Source: an uncultured Chloroflexia bacterium (GTDB lineage Bacteria; Chloroflexota; Dormibacteria; CF-121). Taken from it: a stretch of DNA of 64,000 nt. Below, piece after piece: positions 33,840 through 44,323 of the stretch (positions are counted from its first letter, which is position 1; each line of letters opens with the position of its first letter). Location: the NCBI GenBank assembly GCA_963795805.1, contig CAWCIV010000001.1:778749-842748 (forward strand), in the 5' to 3' direction. The notes under the pieces are model-generated. The model searched no databases, was not told the DNA's origin, and worked only from the letters and a program-made list of their open reading frames with translations. The position numbers and the translations under genes are program-made.

Positions 33840-34674
33840 GGGCGGCTCACGCCTCGTCCTGCTCGCCGACGCGCCAAGAGACCAGCTGGCGGAGGCCCTC
33901 TACGGGGCCGCCTTCGCGGCTGCCGGCATGCAAACCGTGTGTGAGTCGCAAACCGTCAGCCGGGCCGACCTTGGGGCGACGGTCGCCAGCATGCGGAACG
34001 ACGAAACGGTGCTTGGCGCGGCCGTGATGCGCCCCCACACGGTTGCCGTTACCACCATGCTCGATGGGCTCGGGCCCGAGGTCCAGTCTGTCCGTGCGGT
34101 CAACGTCATCAGCCACCGGGCTGGTGGCCTCGTCGGTTGGAATACCGACCGGCCGGCTTTCTCGCAAGCGCTGGAGGACGCGGGCTACCAGGCGCGGGGG
34201 CGGTCGGCGCTCATCCTGGGTGCCGGCGGGGCGGCACGAGCCGCTGGTGACGCGCTGCGGACTCAGGCATCTCGGGTCTATGTCGCGGGCCAGGACCTCG
34301 GCGAGGCGCGCGCCCTCTGCTACGACCTCGACATCAGCAGCGGTGGCCCGACGCCGCTCGGGTCGCTGTCGCTTGTGGTGCCCAAGGTCGACCTGATCGT
34401 CAACGCCACGCCGGTCGGCAGCGATGGGGAGTCCCGACCATTCCCGATCGAGTGGATCACGCCGACGCAGTTCCTTTTCGATCTCGTCTACGACCCTCCG
34501 ATGACACCGCTTGTGAGGGGGGCACGGGCCCGGGGCGCCCGGGCCATCAACGGCCTGACCATGCTCTTGAACCAGGCCCTCGCCGCCTTCGAGATCTGGA
34601 CCGGGACGTCTGCGCCGGAGCCGGCCATGCGAGCCGCGCTGCAGCGGGCGGTTGTCGGCAGGCTCGCCCCGTGA
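33826..34674 (+). CDS. Shikimate dehydrogenase-like protein with a divergent substrate-binding domain (start uncertain)
   Basis: AVN, NTD, ILGAGGAARA, VNATPVG, DLVYDP..T.L, GL.MLL.QA...FEIW. The N-terminal AroE-like segment continues upstream of ATG 33928. Confidence 0.8.
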   Translation, partial: TGSAKGGSRLVLLADAPRDQLAEALYGAAFAAAGMQTVCESQTVSRADLGATVASMRNDETVLGAAVMRPHTVAVTTMLDGLGPEVQSVRAVNVISHRAGGLVGWNTDRPAFSQALEDAGYQARGRSALILGAGGAARAAGDALRTQASRVYVAGQDLGEARALCYDLDISSGGPTPLGSLSLVVPKVDLIVNATPVGSDGESRPFPIEWITPTQFLFDLVYDPPMTPLVRGARARGARAINGLTMLLNQALAAFEIWTGTSAPEPAMRAALQRAVVGRLAP

Positions 34675-35342
34675 GCCACGTGCTCCTGGCCGGGCTCTGG
34701 GGCATCCTCGGCGCCGCCGTCGGCATGGGCGCCAACTACCTCACCCGGTGGCTGGCGCGCGTGGAGGAGCTCGAGTTCGCCCAAGGCCGGCGCGAGGTCC
34801 TCCTCATGCCGGCGCTCTGCCTCGTGCTCTTTTTTGTCTTCGCATTCAAGTACGGGTTCGGGCGCGTGCTCATCATCGACTCGGTGTACGTGGCTATCCT
34901 CGTGCAGGTCCTTGCCTTCGATTTCAAGACCCGCTACATCCTCGACCTGGTTATGTTCCCTTCGTGGCTGATCGCCTTCGGTCTCGCGTTCGTCACACCC
35001 TGGAATCCTTTTCTGACCTGGCCCTGGCCGGACTGGCGAACCGCTCCGGTCGCTGCGCTGATTGCCGGCGGCGTGTTCTTCCTCCTCTTTATCGGCGGGC
35101 AGTTGCTCCTGGGCGCCGAAGCCTTCGGGTTCGGAGACGTGAAGCTCGCCGTCTTCATCGGCATGGCGACGGGCATCTCAGACCTGCGCGTGGCGCACGC
35201 ACTGATCGACGGCGTGTTCCTCGGAGGGTTCGTGGCCCTCGTCCTGTTGCTCACGCGGATTCGATCCATGAGGGACGCCGTCGCCTATGGACCATTTCTC
35301 GCGCTGGGTACGATCGTGACCCTGTTCGTGCAGCCGCCATGA
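34671..35342 (+). CDS. A24 family prepilin peptidase (no N-terminal Zn/methylase domain)
   Basis: Multi-TM; AFD and FGFGDVKLA catalytic aspartates, YGPFLA C-terminus; GTGA overlap. Confidence 0.85.
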   Translation: MSHVLLAGLWGILGAAVGMGANYLTRWLARVEELEFAQGRREVLLMPALCLVLFFVFAFKYGFGRVLIIDSVYVAILVQVLAFDFKTRYILDLVMFPSWLIAFGLAFVTPWNPFLTWPWPDWRTAPVAALIAGGVFFLLFIGGQLLLGAEAFGFGDVKLAVFIGMATGISDLRVAHALIDGVFLGGFVALVLLLTRIRSMRDAVAYGPFLALGTIVTLFVQPP

Positions 35343-35818
35343 ACGCCGATGAACTCCTTGCTGGCGAGCGCGTGCTCGCCAGTGCCCGGCGTCATTGGAT
35401 CGTGATGTTGCGACCGACGGCGACCATCATCGTGGCGGCCGTGCTGGCCGCGGTCGTGGTGGCCATCCTGCCGCTTAGCTCGGAGGTGCACCTCTTCGGG
35501 CTGCTTGGGGTCTTGATCGTTGCGCTCATCCTCCTGAATTTCTTTTACCTGGGATGGCGATCGCAGCAGTACATCCTGACCGACCAGCGCGTCATCCTGA
35601 ACGAAGGCCTGATCTCCCGTTACTCGCGCTCGATCTTGATCGACCGAATCCAGGACCTGACCACCTACCAGGGGCTGTGGGCACGCGCCTTAAGCTTCGG
35701 CGACATCCAGCTCGAGTCGGCGGGGCGGGAGGGTGGCGAATGGCTGAGGACGGTACCCCGGCCGCAGCAACTCCGGAACGCCATCTTCGCGCAGATGGAA
35801 GCGCGCCGTACCCGGTAG
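35339..35818 (+). CDS. Bacterial PH (bPH_2) domain membrane protein
   Basis: GE.V....R.HW, two TMs, Y.LTDQRVI...GL, I.IDRIQD....Q.LW.R.L.FGDI.LESAG. Confidence 0.85.
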   Translation: MNADELLAGERVLASARRHWIVMLRPTATIIVAAVLAAVVVAILPLSSEVHLFGLLGVLIVALILLNFFYLGWRSQQYILTDQRVILNEGLISRYSRSILIDRIQDLTTYQGLWARALSFGDIQLESAGREGGEWLRTVPRPQQLRNAIFAQMEARRTR

Positions 35819-35833
35819 AATCCCAAGCCGGAC

Positions 35834-36391
35834 ATGGTCAACCCGAGCGACTTCCGAAACGGCATGACGATCGAGTGGGAGGGCGGCCTCTGGAGCGTGA
35901 TCGAGTTCCAGCAGGGCCAGAACGCTCGAGGCGATACGTTTTTTCGGACCAAGCTTCGCAATGTCCGTACCGGCGCCATCATCGATCAGAAGTTCCGCGA
36001 CAAAGACCGCTTCGCCCGAGCGCGCATCGAGAAGGTCGCCATGCAGTACCTTTACAGCGACGGTGATCGCCATTTCTTCATGGACATGGCCAGCTACGAT
36101 CAGCTGCCTATCAATGACGATCAGCTGGGCGACACCATGAAGTACCTGAAGGAGAACACGGCGATCTCGGTCCTCATGTACGAGGGGAACCCCCTCGGGG
36201 TCGAGCTGCCGACCACGGTCGATCTCAAAGTCACGGAGACGGCCCCAGGATTTCGCGGGGACACGGCCGCGGGTGGTGGGAAGCCGGCCACGGTGGAAAC
36301 CGGGCTAACGCTCAACGTGCCGTTCTTTGTGAACGAGGGTGACGTGATCCGGGTCGATACCCGGACCGGCGCCTACGTGGAGCGCGTCTAG
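35834..36391 (+). CDS. efp: Elongation factor P
   Basis: MQYLY.DG, FMD..SYDQ, PGFRGDT, KPATVETG, VPFFV.EGD.IRVDTR.G.YVER. Confidence 0.96.
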   Translation: MVNPSDFRNGMTIEWEGGLWSVIEFQQGQNARGDTFFRTKLRNVRTGAIIDQKFRDKDRFARARIEKVAMQYLYSDGDRHFFMDMASYDQLPINDDQLGDTMKYLKENTAISVLMYEGNPLGVELPTTVDLKVTETAPGFRGDTAAGGGKPATVETGLTLNVPFFVNEGDVIRVDTRTGAYVERV

Positions 36392-36744
36392 TGCCGGCAG
36401 ACCGGACGCTCGGATCGGTCAAGGTTGCCAACGAGGTCATCGCTCACATCGCCTCGCTGACAGCCAGCCAGGTGCAGGGTATCGTGGGCATGTACCCGGC
36501 TCGTGCCCGAGACGGCCATCGCCTCCTTCCGGTGACGACCTCCTACAAGGGCGTCCGTGTCGACATGGGTAATGATGCCCTCCAGCTGGAGCTCTTTCTG
36601 GTCGTCGATTCATCGGCCCACGTGCCGACGGTGGCCGCGGAGGTCCAGCGTCAGGTGGCGGATGCCATCGACAAGATGCTCGGGCTCGAGGTCCGGCAGG
36701 TGAACGTCTTCATCGGTGACGTTCGGTTTCCGGGAGACGCGTAG
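36391..36744 (+). CDS. Asp23/Gls24 family envelope stress protein
   Basis: G.VKVA.EVIA.IA, KGVRV, VQ.QV..AI..M.GL.V..VNV. Confidence 0.9.
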   Translation: MPADRTLGSVKVANEVIAHIASLTASQVQGIVGMYPARARDGHRLLPVTTSYKGVRVDMGNDALQLELFLVVDSSAHVPTVAAEVQRQVADAIDKMLGLEVRQVNVFIGDVRFPGDA

Positions 36745-36762
36745 TCGGGTAGGCTGCTGATA

Positions 36763-37215
36763 ATGGGACGGCGCCACCTGGCCCGCGAGCTCGCCCTCAA
36801 GGTCCTGTTCGAGCTCGAAACCGATGGCAGTGATCCCACCCGGTCGCTGCAGTACCATGCGGCGGAAGCACGCGCCGACGCGAACGTCACCGAGTTCGCC
36901 CGGGTGCTCGTCGCCGGGGTGATGGAGCATCGGGCTGCGATCGACGCCCGGCTGGCCGAGGCTTCGAGCAACTGGGGGCTGGATCAGATGGCCAAGGTCG
37001 ACCGGACGCTGCTCCGGATTGCCACGTTCGAGATCGAATTTCTTCCCAGCGTGCCACTGAAGGCCGCCATCAATGAATCGATCGAGCTGGCCAAGACGTT
37101 TGGCGGCCCGGATTCCGGAAAGTTCGTCAATGGGATCCTCGGCCGCATCGCCGCGGAAACCCCGGTGCGCCCCGCGGCGGCGGATGAGCCGGCCACCAGC
37201 GAGACGGTGCCTTGA
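36763..37215 (+). CDS. nusB: Transcription antitermination factor NusB
   Basis: R..ARELAL..LF, W.L..M..VDR..LR, INE.IELAK.FG...S.KFVNGIL. Confidence 0.96.
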   Translation: MGRRHLARELALKVLFELETDGSDPTRSLQYHAAEARADANVTEFARVLVAGVMEHRAAIDARLAEASSNWGLDQMAKVDRTLLRIATFEIEFLPSVPLKAAINESIELAKTFGGPDSGKFVNGILGRIAAETPVRPAAADEPATSETVP

Positions 37216-37433
37216 GCGAACCTGAGGTCAGTAGCCTCGATTACGAGGGCGCACTCGCCGAGCTCGAGCGTACCGTGCAGGCGCTGGGCAAGGAGCAGGA
37301 GGATCTGGCGGAGTCGGTCCGGATCTACGAGCGCGGGCTGGCCCTTGCCCAGCGGTGCAGCGAGCTCCTCACCCAGGCCGAGCGCCGCCTCGCCGACCTG
37401 TCGCCGGCGCCCGAGCGAGCTGGGGCCTCGTGA
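37212..37433 (+). CDS. xseB: Exodeoxyribonuclease VII small subunit
   Basis: YE.AL.ELE..V..L, L.ES...YERG..L...C...L..AE. Confidence 0.9.
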   Translation: MSEPEVSSLDYEGALAELERTVQALGKEQEDLAESVRIYERGLALAQRCSELLTQAERRLADLSPAPERAGAS

Positions 37434-37867
37434 CGCTCCTCCGCAATCCTTACTTTGTGGTTCCGCTGATCGCCTGGGCGATCGCGCAGGCCAGCAAGGT
37501 GATCTGGGATTCCGTGCTGATCCATCGCTTCAGCGTGCGACGGCTGGCGACGGCTGGCGGCATGCCGAGTTCGCACAGCGCCCTGGTCGTATCGCTCACG
37601 ACCATCATCGGGCGCCTGCAGGGGGTCCAGACGCCGCTCTTCGCGCTCGCGCTGATCCTGTCGGCGGTCGTGATGTATGACGCGACCGGCGTGCGGCGGG
37701 CCGCGGGCCAGCAGGCGATGATCCTCAACCGGCTGATCGATGATCTCTTCATCGCGCACCAGGGGATCCACCAGGAACGGCTTCGGGAACTGCTCGGTCA
37801 CACGCCGATCGAGGTGATCGCCGGGGCGGTCCTTGGCGTCGTCATCGGCCTTGGACTGGGACGTTGA
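37430..37867 (+). CDS. Divergent PAP2 family protein (DUF212)
   Basis: AQ..K, GGMPSSHSA, VVMYDA.GVRR.AG.QA, LRELLGHTP.EV..G. Confidence 0.92.
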   Translation: MTLLRNPYFVVPLIAWAIAQASKVIWDSVLIHRFSVRRLATAGGMPSSHSALVVSLTTIIGRLQGVQTPLFALALILSAVVMYDATGVRRAAGQQAMILNRLIDDLFIAHQGIHQERLRELLGHTPIEVIAGAVLGVVIGLGLGR

Positions 37868-38611
37868 TGGTGGGGGAGCGGGTGCGGCTCGACCAGGCGC
37901 TCGTCGGCCAGGGGCCTGGTGTCCTCCCGGCAGCGCGCGCAGGCCATGGTTCGGGCCGGCCTTGTTCGGATTGCCGGCCGCCCCGTGGACCGTCCGGATC
38001 AGCTGGTCGATCCGGCGGTGGAGGTGGAACTCCATAGCTCGACGGCGCCCGGGGGGTACGTCAGCCGGGGCGGCGAGAAGCTGGCCGCCGCCCTCGATAC
38101 GTTCTCCGTTTCCGTCGCCGGTCGCGCCTGTCTCGACGTTGGCGCCTCCACGGGAGGATTCACCGACGTGCTGCTCCGCCGGGGGGCGGCTTCGGTGATC
38201 GCGCTCGACGTGGGCTACGGCCAGCTCGCCTGGACGTTGCGGCAGGATCGGCGGGTCACGGTGCTCGAGCGCGTGAATATCCGCTATCTCGACGCACTGC
38301 CCGCCGTCGCCGACCTGGCTGTCATCGACGTGTCCTTCATTTCGCTGCGCCTGGTTCTGCCGCCGGTTCACCGCCTGCTGGCGCTCCCGGCCGACGTCAT
38401 CGCGCTGGTGAAGCCCCAGTTCGAGGTCGGCAAGGGCGCGGTGGGGAAAGGGGGCGTGGTGCGCCGCGCCGACCAGCAGCAGGCGGTGCTCGAGGGGCTG
38501 AATGCGTTTGCGGGCGGCACGGGGTACGCGGTTCTGGGTCAGACCGAGTCGCCAATCCTCGGGGCGAAGGGAAACCGCGAGTTCTTTCTCCATTTGAGAT
38601 CGCATGGCTGA
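37867..38611 (+). CDS. tlyA: TlyA family rRNA methyltransferase (homopolymer frameshift near 37912)
   Basis: MVGERVRLDQALV then SSRQRAQ...YVSRGG.KL, DVGASTGGFTD.LL, DVSFISL, LVKPQFE, SPI.G.KGN.EF. Confidence 0.92.
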
Positions 38612-39447
38612 GTCGGTCGGCATCGTCTGCCACCCGCGGATCGACATCGGCCAGGGGCCGGTGGTCGAGGCGCGCACCCGTCTCGAACGGCACGGCTACC
38701 ACGTCTGGACCTATTGCGCGACGGCCGAGGAACGGCCCGGGGCGCTGGATGCCAATCTCGATGGCACGCGGATGATCATCAGCATCGGCGGCGACGGCAC
38801 GCTGCTCTGGACCGCGGAGCAAGCCGCCGCGGCCGGTGTCCCTGTCCTCGGCGTCAACGCCGGTCGGCTCGGATTCCTCACCGAGGTCCGACTCGCCGAC
38901 ACCGGGGCGGCGCTCGACCGCTGGGCCGCCGGCGATTTCGTGCTGCAGCGGCGGGCCATGCTCGAGGCGCGCCTGGGCGACCGGGTCTACGGCGCGCTCA
39001 ACGACGTGGTCGTGCACAAGGGGATCGAAATCAACCTGATCCGAATCGAGGTCCTGGTCGACGGCGTCGAAGCCGGTCGGTTCGATGCTGACGGCGCGAT
39101 CGTCTCGACCCCCACGGGCTCGACCGGATACGCGCTCTCGCTCGGCGGTCCGATCCTGCATCCGCAGGTCCGGGCCCTGACCTACCTTCCATTGAATCCA
39201 CACAGCCTCTTCAATCGCCCGGTCGTTCTTCCGGATACCGCGCGGATCACGATCCGCCTGCCCGACGCGGCCGGCGCTGCTGACCTGCGACGGCCAGCGC
39301 ACGGCCTCCGCTGGACCCGGCGCGCAGGTGCAGATCGCGTCACCGCACGGCGTCGACCTGGTGCGCTTCATCGGCGACCAGAACTTCTTCAGCCTGCTGC
39401 GACAAAAGATCCGCTGGGGCCTTCCCCTGATGGACGGGATGCCGTGA
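38604..39447 (+). CDS. nadK: NAD+ kinase (frameshifted near 39270)
   Basis: GGDGTLL, GVNAGRLGFL, ALND, DG.IVSTPTGSTGYALSLGGPI; the C-terminus (LLTCDGQ...FFSLLRQKIRWG) is in a shifted frame ending TGA 39447. Confidence 0.9.
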
Positions 39448-41148
39448 TCCTGGAGCTGACGATCCGCAACCTCGCGCTCATCGACGAGTTGCGGGTGCCG
39501 TTCCGGCCTGGGCTCAACTTGCTGACCGGCGAGACGGGATCGGGCAAGTCGATCATCATCGACGCGATGAACCTGGTGCTGGGAGAACGGGCCAGCGCCG
39601 ACGCGATCCGCGAGGGCCGGGAGCAGGCCATCATCGAAGCGGCCTTCGAGGTGGGGGCTCGGCCGGCGCTCCGCCTGGCGCTCGAGGCGACCGGCTATGA
39701 GTGCCCGGATGGCGTGCATCATCCTGACCCGCGAGCTCAATCGCAATGGGCGAAGCCTCTGTCGCATCAACGGACGGGTTTCGACGGTGACGCAACTGAA
39801 AGGGATCGGCGACCGGCTTGTCGAGATGCACGGCCAGCATGAGCACCAGTCGGTCCTTCTGCCCGCCCGGCAACTCGACCTGTTGGACGCCTTCGGGGGC
39901 GCCGGTGCTGCGCGCCCTGCGCGACCAGGTGGGCGCCGCCCACGCTCGCTGGTCCCGGTCGCGACGGATGCTGGCGGAGACCGAGGCCGCGATCCAGGCC
40001 GATCAGCGGGAGCTCGACTTCTGGCGCTTCCAGCTGGATGAGATCGAGGCCATTCGGCCCGATCCGGCCGAGGAGGAGGCGCTCCTCCAGGAGCGCCGCC
40101 GGGCACAGCATGCGGAGCGGCTGGCGCGAGCGGTCGAGGGGGTCCACGCCCTCGACGCCGATGAAGGCCTCCGCTGTCCACGCGCTCTCGATCGCGGCCG
40201 AGCGCTTTCGCGGTCTCGAGGGCATCGATCCCGACCTCGACCAGATGAGCGATCTGCTCAATGAGGTGCTGCTTCAGCTTCGCGAAGCTTGCCGCCACCG
40301 CCCGTAACCAGGCGGACCGCTGGCAGATCGAACCGGCCCGGCTTGAGGCCATCGAGGTCCGTTTGCACCAGCTGGATCGCGTGAAGGCGAAGTACGGTGG
40401 ATCGCTGACCGCCACCCTGGAGGAGGCGGCTCGCCTCCGTGAACGTCTCGACACCGTCGAGCACCGGGACGATCGGATCGCGGCGCTGCGCGCCGCGGAC
40501 AAAGAACTCACGGCGAGCCTGGCCGTGGCGGCTGGGGAGCTCAGCCGGCATCGACGCAAAGCCGCCGCCAAACTCGAGCGCATCCTCGAACGGGAGCTGG
40601 CCGGTCTCAACATGCCGCGGGTCCGGTTCGCGGTGCAGGTCAGCCAGCAGGATGATGCGGATGGAGCCCCGGTCGATGACCGTCCTGTCCACTGCACGGC
40701 GACCGGCGTCGACCAGGTTGCCTTCCTGCTCGCCGCGAATCCAGGTGAGCCGCTCCTTGCCCTCGACCGCGCCGCCTCAGGCGGTGAGCTCTCCCGCGTG
40801 ATGCTCGCGCTCAAGGCGGTGCTCGCGGATGCGGATGAGACGCCGACCTTGATCCTCGACGAGATTGACACCGGCATCGGTGGGGAGACGGCCAACCGTC
40901 TTGCCGAGAAGATGGCGGCGCTGAGCCGCGGTAAGCAGGTGATCTGCGTCACGCACCTCGCCGCCATCGCCGCCCGAGCCGACCACCATCTCGCGGTGGC
41001 CAAGTCCCTGCAGCGCGGTCGCCACGTCACGGGCATCAAGGTGCTGCAACCCGCCGAGCGGGTGGACGAGGTCGCGCGCCTGATCGCGGGCGAGCGCGTC
41101 ACTGCCGCCGCCCGCGCCAGCGCCCGCGAGCTTCTGGCGCGCCGATGA
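39444..41148 (+). CDS. recN: DNA repair protein RecN (several frameshifts)
   Basis: L.IRNLALID, LTGETGSGKSI, EMHGQHEHQ, ASGGELSRVMLA, LDEIDTGIGG, QVICVTHL spread over successive frames. Confidence 0.92.
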
Positions 41149-41651
41149 CGGGGACGGCCATGCATCGCGTCACCCAGTTCTGGCGTCATACCTCCGCCCG
41201 GGTTATCGACGGCCGAGCTGGCGCGCAGTCGCGACCTGCTGGGCTCCGGCGCTGTCTGGATACTTCCTCGAGCTTCCGGTCAACGACCAGCGACATGGGC
41301 TGGACGTCCTGGAGACGCTGCGGACGCAACGAGCCCGAGGCCTCCCTGGTGCTGCAGCAAGCCGCCCTGCTCCATGACATGGGCAAAGCGGGCGCTGGGG
41401 TCTCCGTCGTGGAGCGCAGCGCGGCCGTCTTGCTCCGGGCAGCCGCGCCCCGGGTGCTCGGAAATGCTTCTGCACGCGCGCCCGGGATTCGCGCGCCGCT
41501 ACGGCATCTACCCGACCATGCCCGGATCGGTGCCGAGCGACTTCATGCCGCCGGGGCCGTGGAGCTCGCCGCCGTGGTGGCCGAGCACCATGCCCCGCAC
41601 CCGACGCTCGACCTGACGCGGCGGCTGCAACGCGCGGACGGGGCCAATTGA
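41145..41651 (+). CDS. HD-domain protein (frameshifted)
   Basis: AALLHDMGK, HARIGA, AEHH motifs. Confidence 0.7.
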   Translation: MTGTAMHRVTQFWRHTSARVIDGRAGAQSRPAGLRRCLDTSSSFRSTTSDMGWTSWRRCGRNEPEASLVLQQAALLHDMGKAGAGVSVVERSAAVLLRAAAPRVLGNASARAPGIRAPLRHLPDHARIGAERLHAAGAVELAAVVAEHHAPHPTLDLTRRLQRADGAN

Positions 41652-42398
41652 CCGAGCGCGCCTTGCCCGAGCGTGGAGCACGATCCGATCTACCTCGTCC
41701 GGACGGCGGCGTTCGACGGACCGATCGAGCTTACTCCTCAGCCTCGCCCAGCGGGCTGAAGTTGATCTCGGCGCCATCCCCCTGGCCTCCCTAACCGATG
41801 ACTACCTCCGCGAGGTCGAGCAGCAGCCGGCCGCCGCTCGATCAGATGGCGGCTTTCCTGGTCATCGGCGCCCGGCTGGTCCAGTTGAAGGCGGCCGGGC
41901 TGATGCCGCAGGCGCCGGTCGCGGAGGAAGAGGACCTGCTGGCCTGGGAGGACGCCATCAAAGGGCGGCTGGCGGAGTACAAGCGATTCAAAGAGCTGGC
42001 CGATTCGCTGATGCATCGGCATGCCAGCGGGCGGTTCACCTTCGCCGGGCTTCTCGAGCCCGAGGTGATCCCGCAAGCGCGCGTCCAGGTAAGCCTCGAC
42101 GCCCTCGCCACCGCCTTCCAGCACGTGCTCGACCGCCTGCCACCCCCTGACGAAGTCAGCTTCGAGATGGAGCACGTCTCTCTGGGCGAAAAATTGGACG
42201 AGCTCCGACACATGCTTGGCCGGCATGCCGGAGATGAACTTCAGCGCCGTCTTCAGCCGCAGTCGCAGCCGGTTGGAGGCGGTCGTCACGTTCCTCGCGT
42301 TGCTCGAGCTGATTAGAATCGGGGAGGTCAGCGTCATCCAATCGTCGGCGTTCACCGAGATCCAGGTTCGGTCACATGGGAGGAACCCTGACGAATGA
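41648..42398 (+). CDS. scpA: Segregation/condensation protein A (frameshifted)
   Basis: FDGPIELLL.L, FLVIGARL.QLK, VVTFLALLEL...G...Q...F.EI. Confidence 0.88.
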
Positions 42399-42950
42399 GC
42401 ATCACGACTGACGCGGCGACCGAGATTCGTGAGGCGGTCGCACTTGCAGGCTCCCTCGAGGCGGTCCTCTTCACCCTCAACCGGCCTGTGACACTGCTGG
42501 AGCTCCAGGAGATTCTGCAAGCGCCCCTACCCGTCGTGGAAGAAGCCGCGGCGGTCCTGCAAGGAGGCACTCCAGGGGCGCGGACTCTTCCTGCAACGGC
42601 ATCAGGACCAGTTGCAATTGGTGACCGACCCGGGCCAGGCGGATGTGGTCCGGCGGGTTCTCCGTCCCGAGTATCCGTCGCGGTTGTCGCCGGCGGCCTA
42701 CGAGACACTGGCGATCGTCGCCTACCGGCAGCCGCTGACCCGCGCCCGCATCGAGGAGATCCGCGGCGTGAACTGTGAAGCCGTGCTGGAAAGCCTGGAA
42801 GAGAAGGGCTTGATCGAGGAGACCGGCCGGCTCGAGGCGCCCGGAAACCCCCGACTCTTCGGGACCACGATGAAGTTTTTGCAGATTCTTGGTGTCAGCA
42901 GTCTCGATGAGCTTCCTCCCTTACCGCAATCCGGCTCAACCAGTTCCTAG
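42395..42950 (+). CDS. scpB: SMC-Scp complex subunit ScpB (frameshifted near 42570)
   Basis: LEAVLF, LS.AA.ETLAIVAYRQP.TRA.IE.IRGVN, G.P.LFGTT..FL. Confidence 0.92.
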
Positions 42951-43646
42951 CGCGCTCGGGCGTCGCGGCCCGGCGCAAAGCGGATCAGCTGATCGCGAGC
43001 GGGCAGGTCAGCGTCAACGGGCTTCCGGCAACGCCCGGGCAGGAGGTGGAGCCCGATGTCGACCAGGTCACGGTCGGCGGCACGGTGGTTCGACCCGTCG
43101 ACGAGGCGACGTACCTGCTCGTGAACAAGCCGGTGGGGGTTCTGAGCAGCGTGGGCGACCCACGGGGCCGGCCCAGCGTGGTGGATGGCCTTCCGCCCGG
43201 AAGCGCGCGGGTGTATCCGGTCGGGCGATTGGACCTCGACAGTCGTGGCCTGGTCCTGCTCACCGATGACGGTGACCTGGCCGCGAGGCTGATGCACCCG
43301 CGTTACGATGTCGAAAAGGAATACGTGGTCGTCATCTCGGGACATCCGGACGCGGACGCGCTTCGTCGATTGCGCGAAGGGATGGTGATCAACGGGGAAC
43401 ACTATGCGCCGATCGACGTCCGTGTCCTTGAACTCGGTGCGACCCGGTCGCGTGTGGCCATGATCCTGCACGAGGGCAAGAACCGCGAGATTCGCCGCCT
43501 CTGGCGTGCCCTCGGGCATCGAGTCCTCGACCTGCAACGGGTTCGCATGGACGGGCTCCGCCTCGGCGACCTGACCGAGGGGGCGTTTCGACCGCTCCAG
43601 AAGGACGAGGTGGCGGCGGCTGCGCGCCGCCGCCGGGCTGGCGTGA
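42929..43646 (+). CDS. rluB: rRNA pseudouridine synthase RluB/RsuA family (ATC start proposed; frameshift near 43615)
   Basis: S4 domain RLNQFLARSGVAARRKAD.LI..G.V.VNG; NKP.G, PVGRLD.DS.GL.LLT.DG, EG.NREIRR. Confidence 0.9.
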
Positions 43647-44323
43647 TCATCGCGATCGACGGTCCGGCGGGTTCGGGGAAGACGACGGTCGGCCGGCTGG
43701 TCGCCGAGGCCCTTGGCTTCGCGCTGGTGGACACGGGGCTCTTATTACCGGGCGGTCACGGTCGAGGCCACGCCGTCTGCGGGATCGCCGCCGATGACGT
43801 GGCCGAACTTGCCGCGTTGGTGGCCAAGATGCGCATCGAGATCCGCTGAACACCGACCCCGCATCCGGGCCAGCCGCAGGTCAGGGTCGATGGGCGCGAC
43901 ATCAGTCGCGAGGCAATGGACCCGGCGATCGCCGGCCGACCTGGCCAGCATCTCCCAGCTGCCGGAGGTGCGGCGCCTGCTGGTCGGAGCCGCAGCGTGG
44001 CAACCGGCCGGAGCCAACGCCGTGGTGCTCGGTCGGGACATCGGCACCGTCATCTTTCCCAGAGGCCGACGTCAAATTCTTCTTCACCGCGCCGGCGGCC
44101 GAACGGGCCGCGCGCGACGTCGCGCGCGAACTGGACGTCGCGTCCGGAGCGTGCTACCTCGGATGCCGTTCTCGAACAGGAAATCGAGCCCCGCGACCGG
44201 GCGGACAGCGAGCGGGAAAATGCCCCGTTACGGGCCGCACCCGATGCTATAATCGTCGCCACTGAAGGCAAGTCGGTGCGCCAGGTCTTCGATGAGGTGA
44301 TGCGCCGGCTGCCAAAGCACTGA
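43643..44323 (+). CDS. cmk: Cytidylate kinase (several frameshifts)
   Basis: IAIDGPAGSGKTT, DTG..YRA.T, GRDIGTVIFP, RD..DS.R...PL..A.DA. Confidence 0.88.

Noticed and set aside
37212-37433. xseB without adjacent xseA/ispA/dxs
   Set aside because: This is most simply operon rearrangement; absence cannot be judged from one window.
38604-39842. Apparent NadK-RecN fusion
   Set aside because: It results from a frameshift near 39270; the true nadK C-terminus ends at TGA 39447, overlapping the recN GTG.
38397-41189. 930-aa minus-strand ORF and other long antisense ORFs (17629..19416, 26046..27539, 46352..48118)
   Set aside because: These are shadow frames of well-supported + strand genes in GC-rich DNA, with no recognisable motifs.
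43046-43849. Apparent RluB-Cmk fusion
   Set aside because: A GTGA stop/start overlap exists at 43643-43646, and one indel near 43615 in the error-rich zone explains the read-through.
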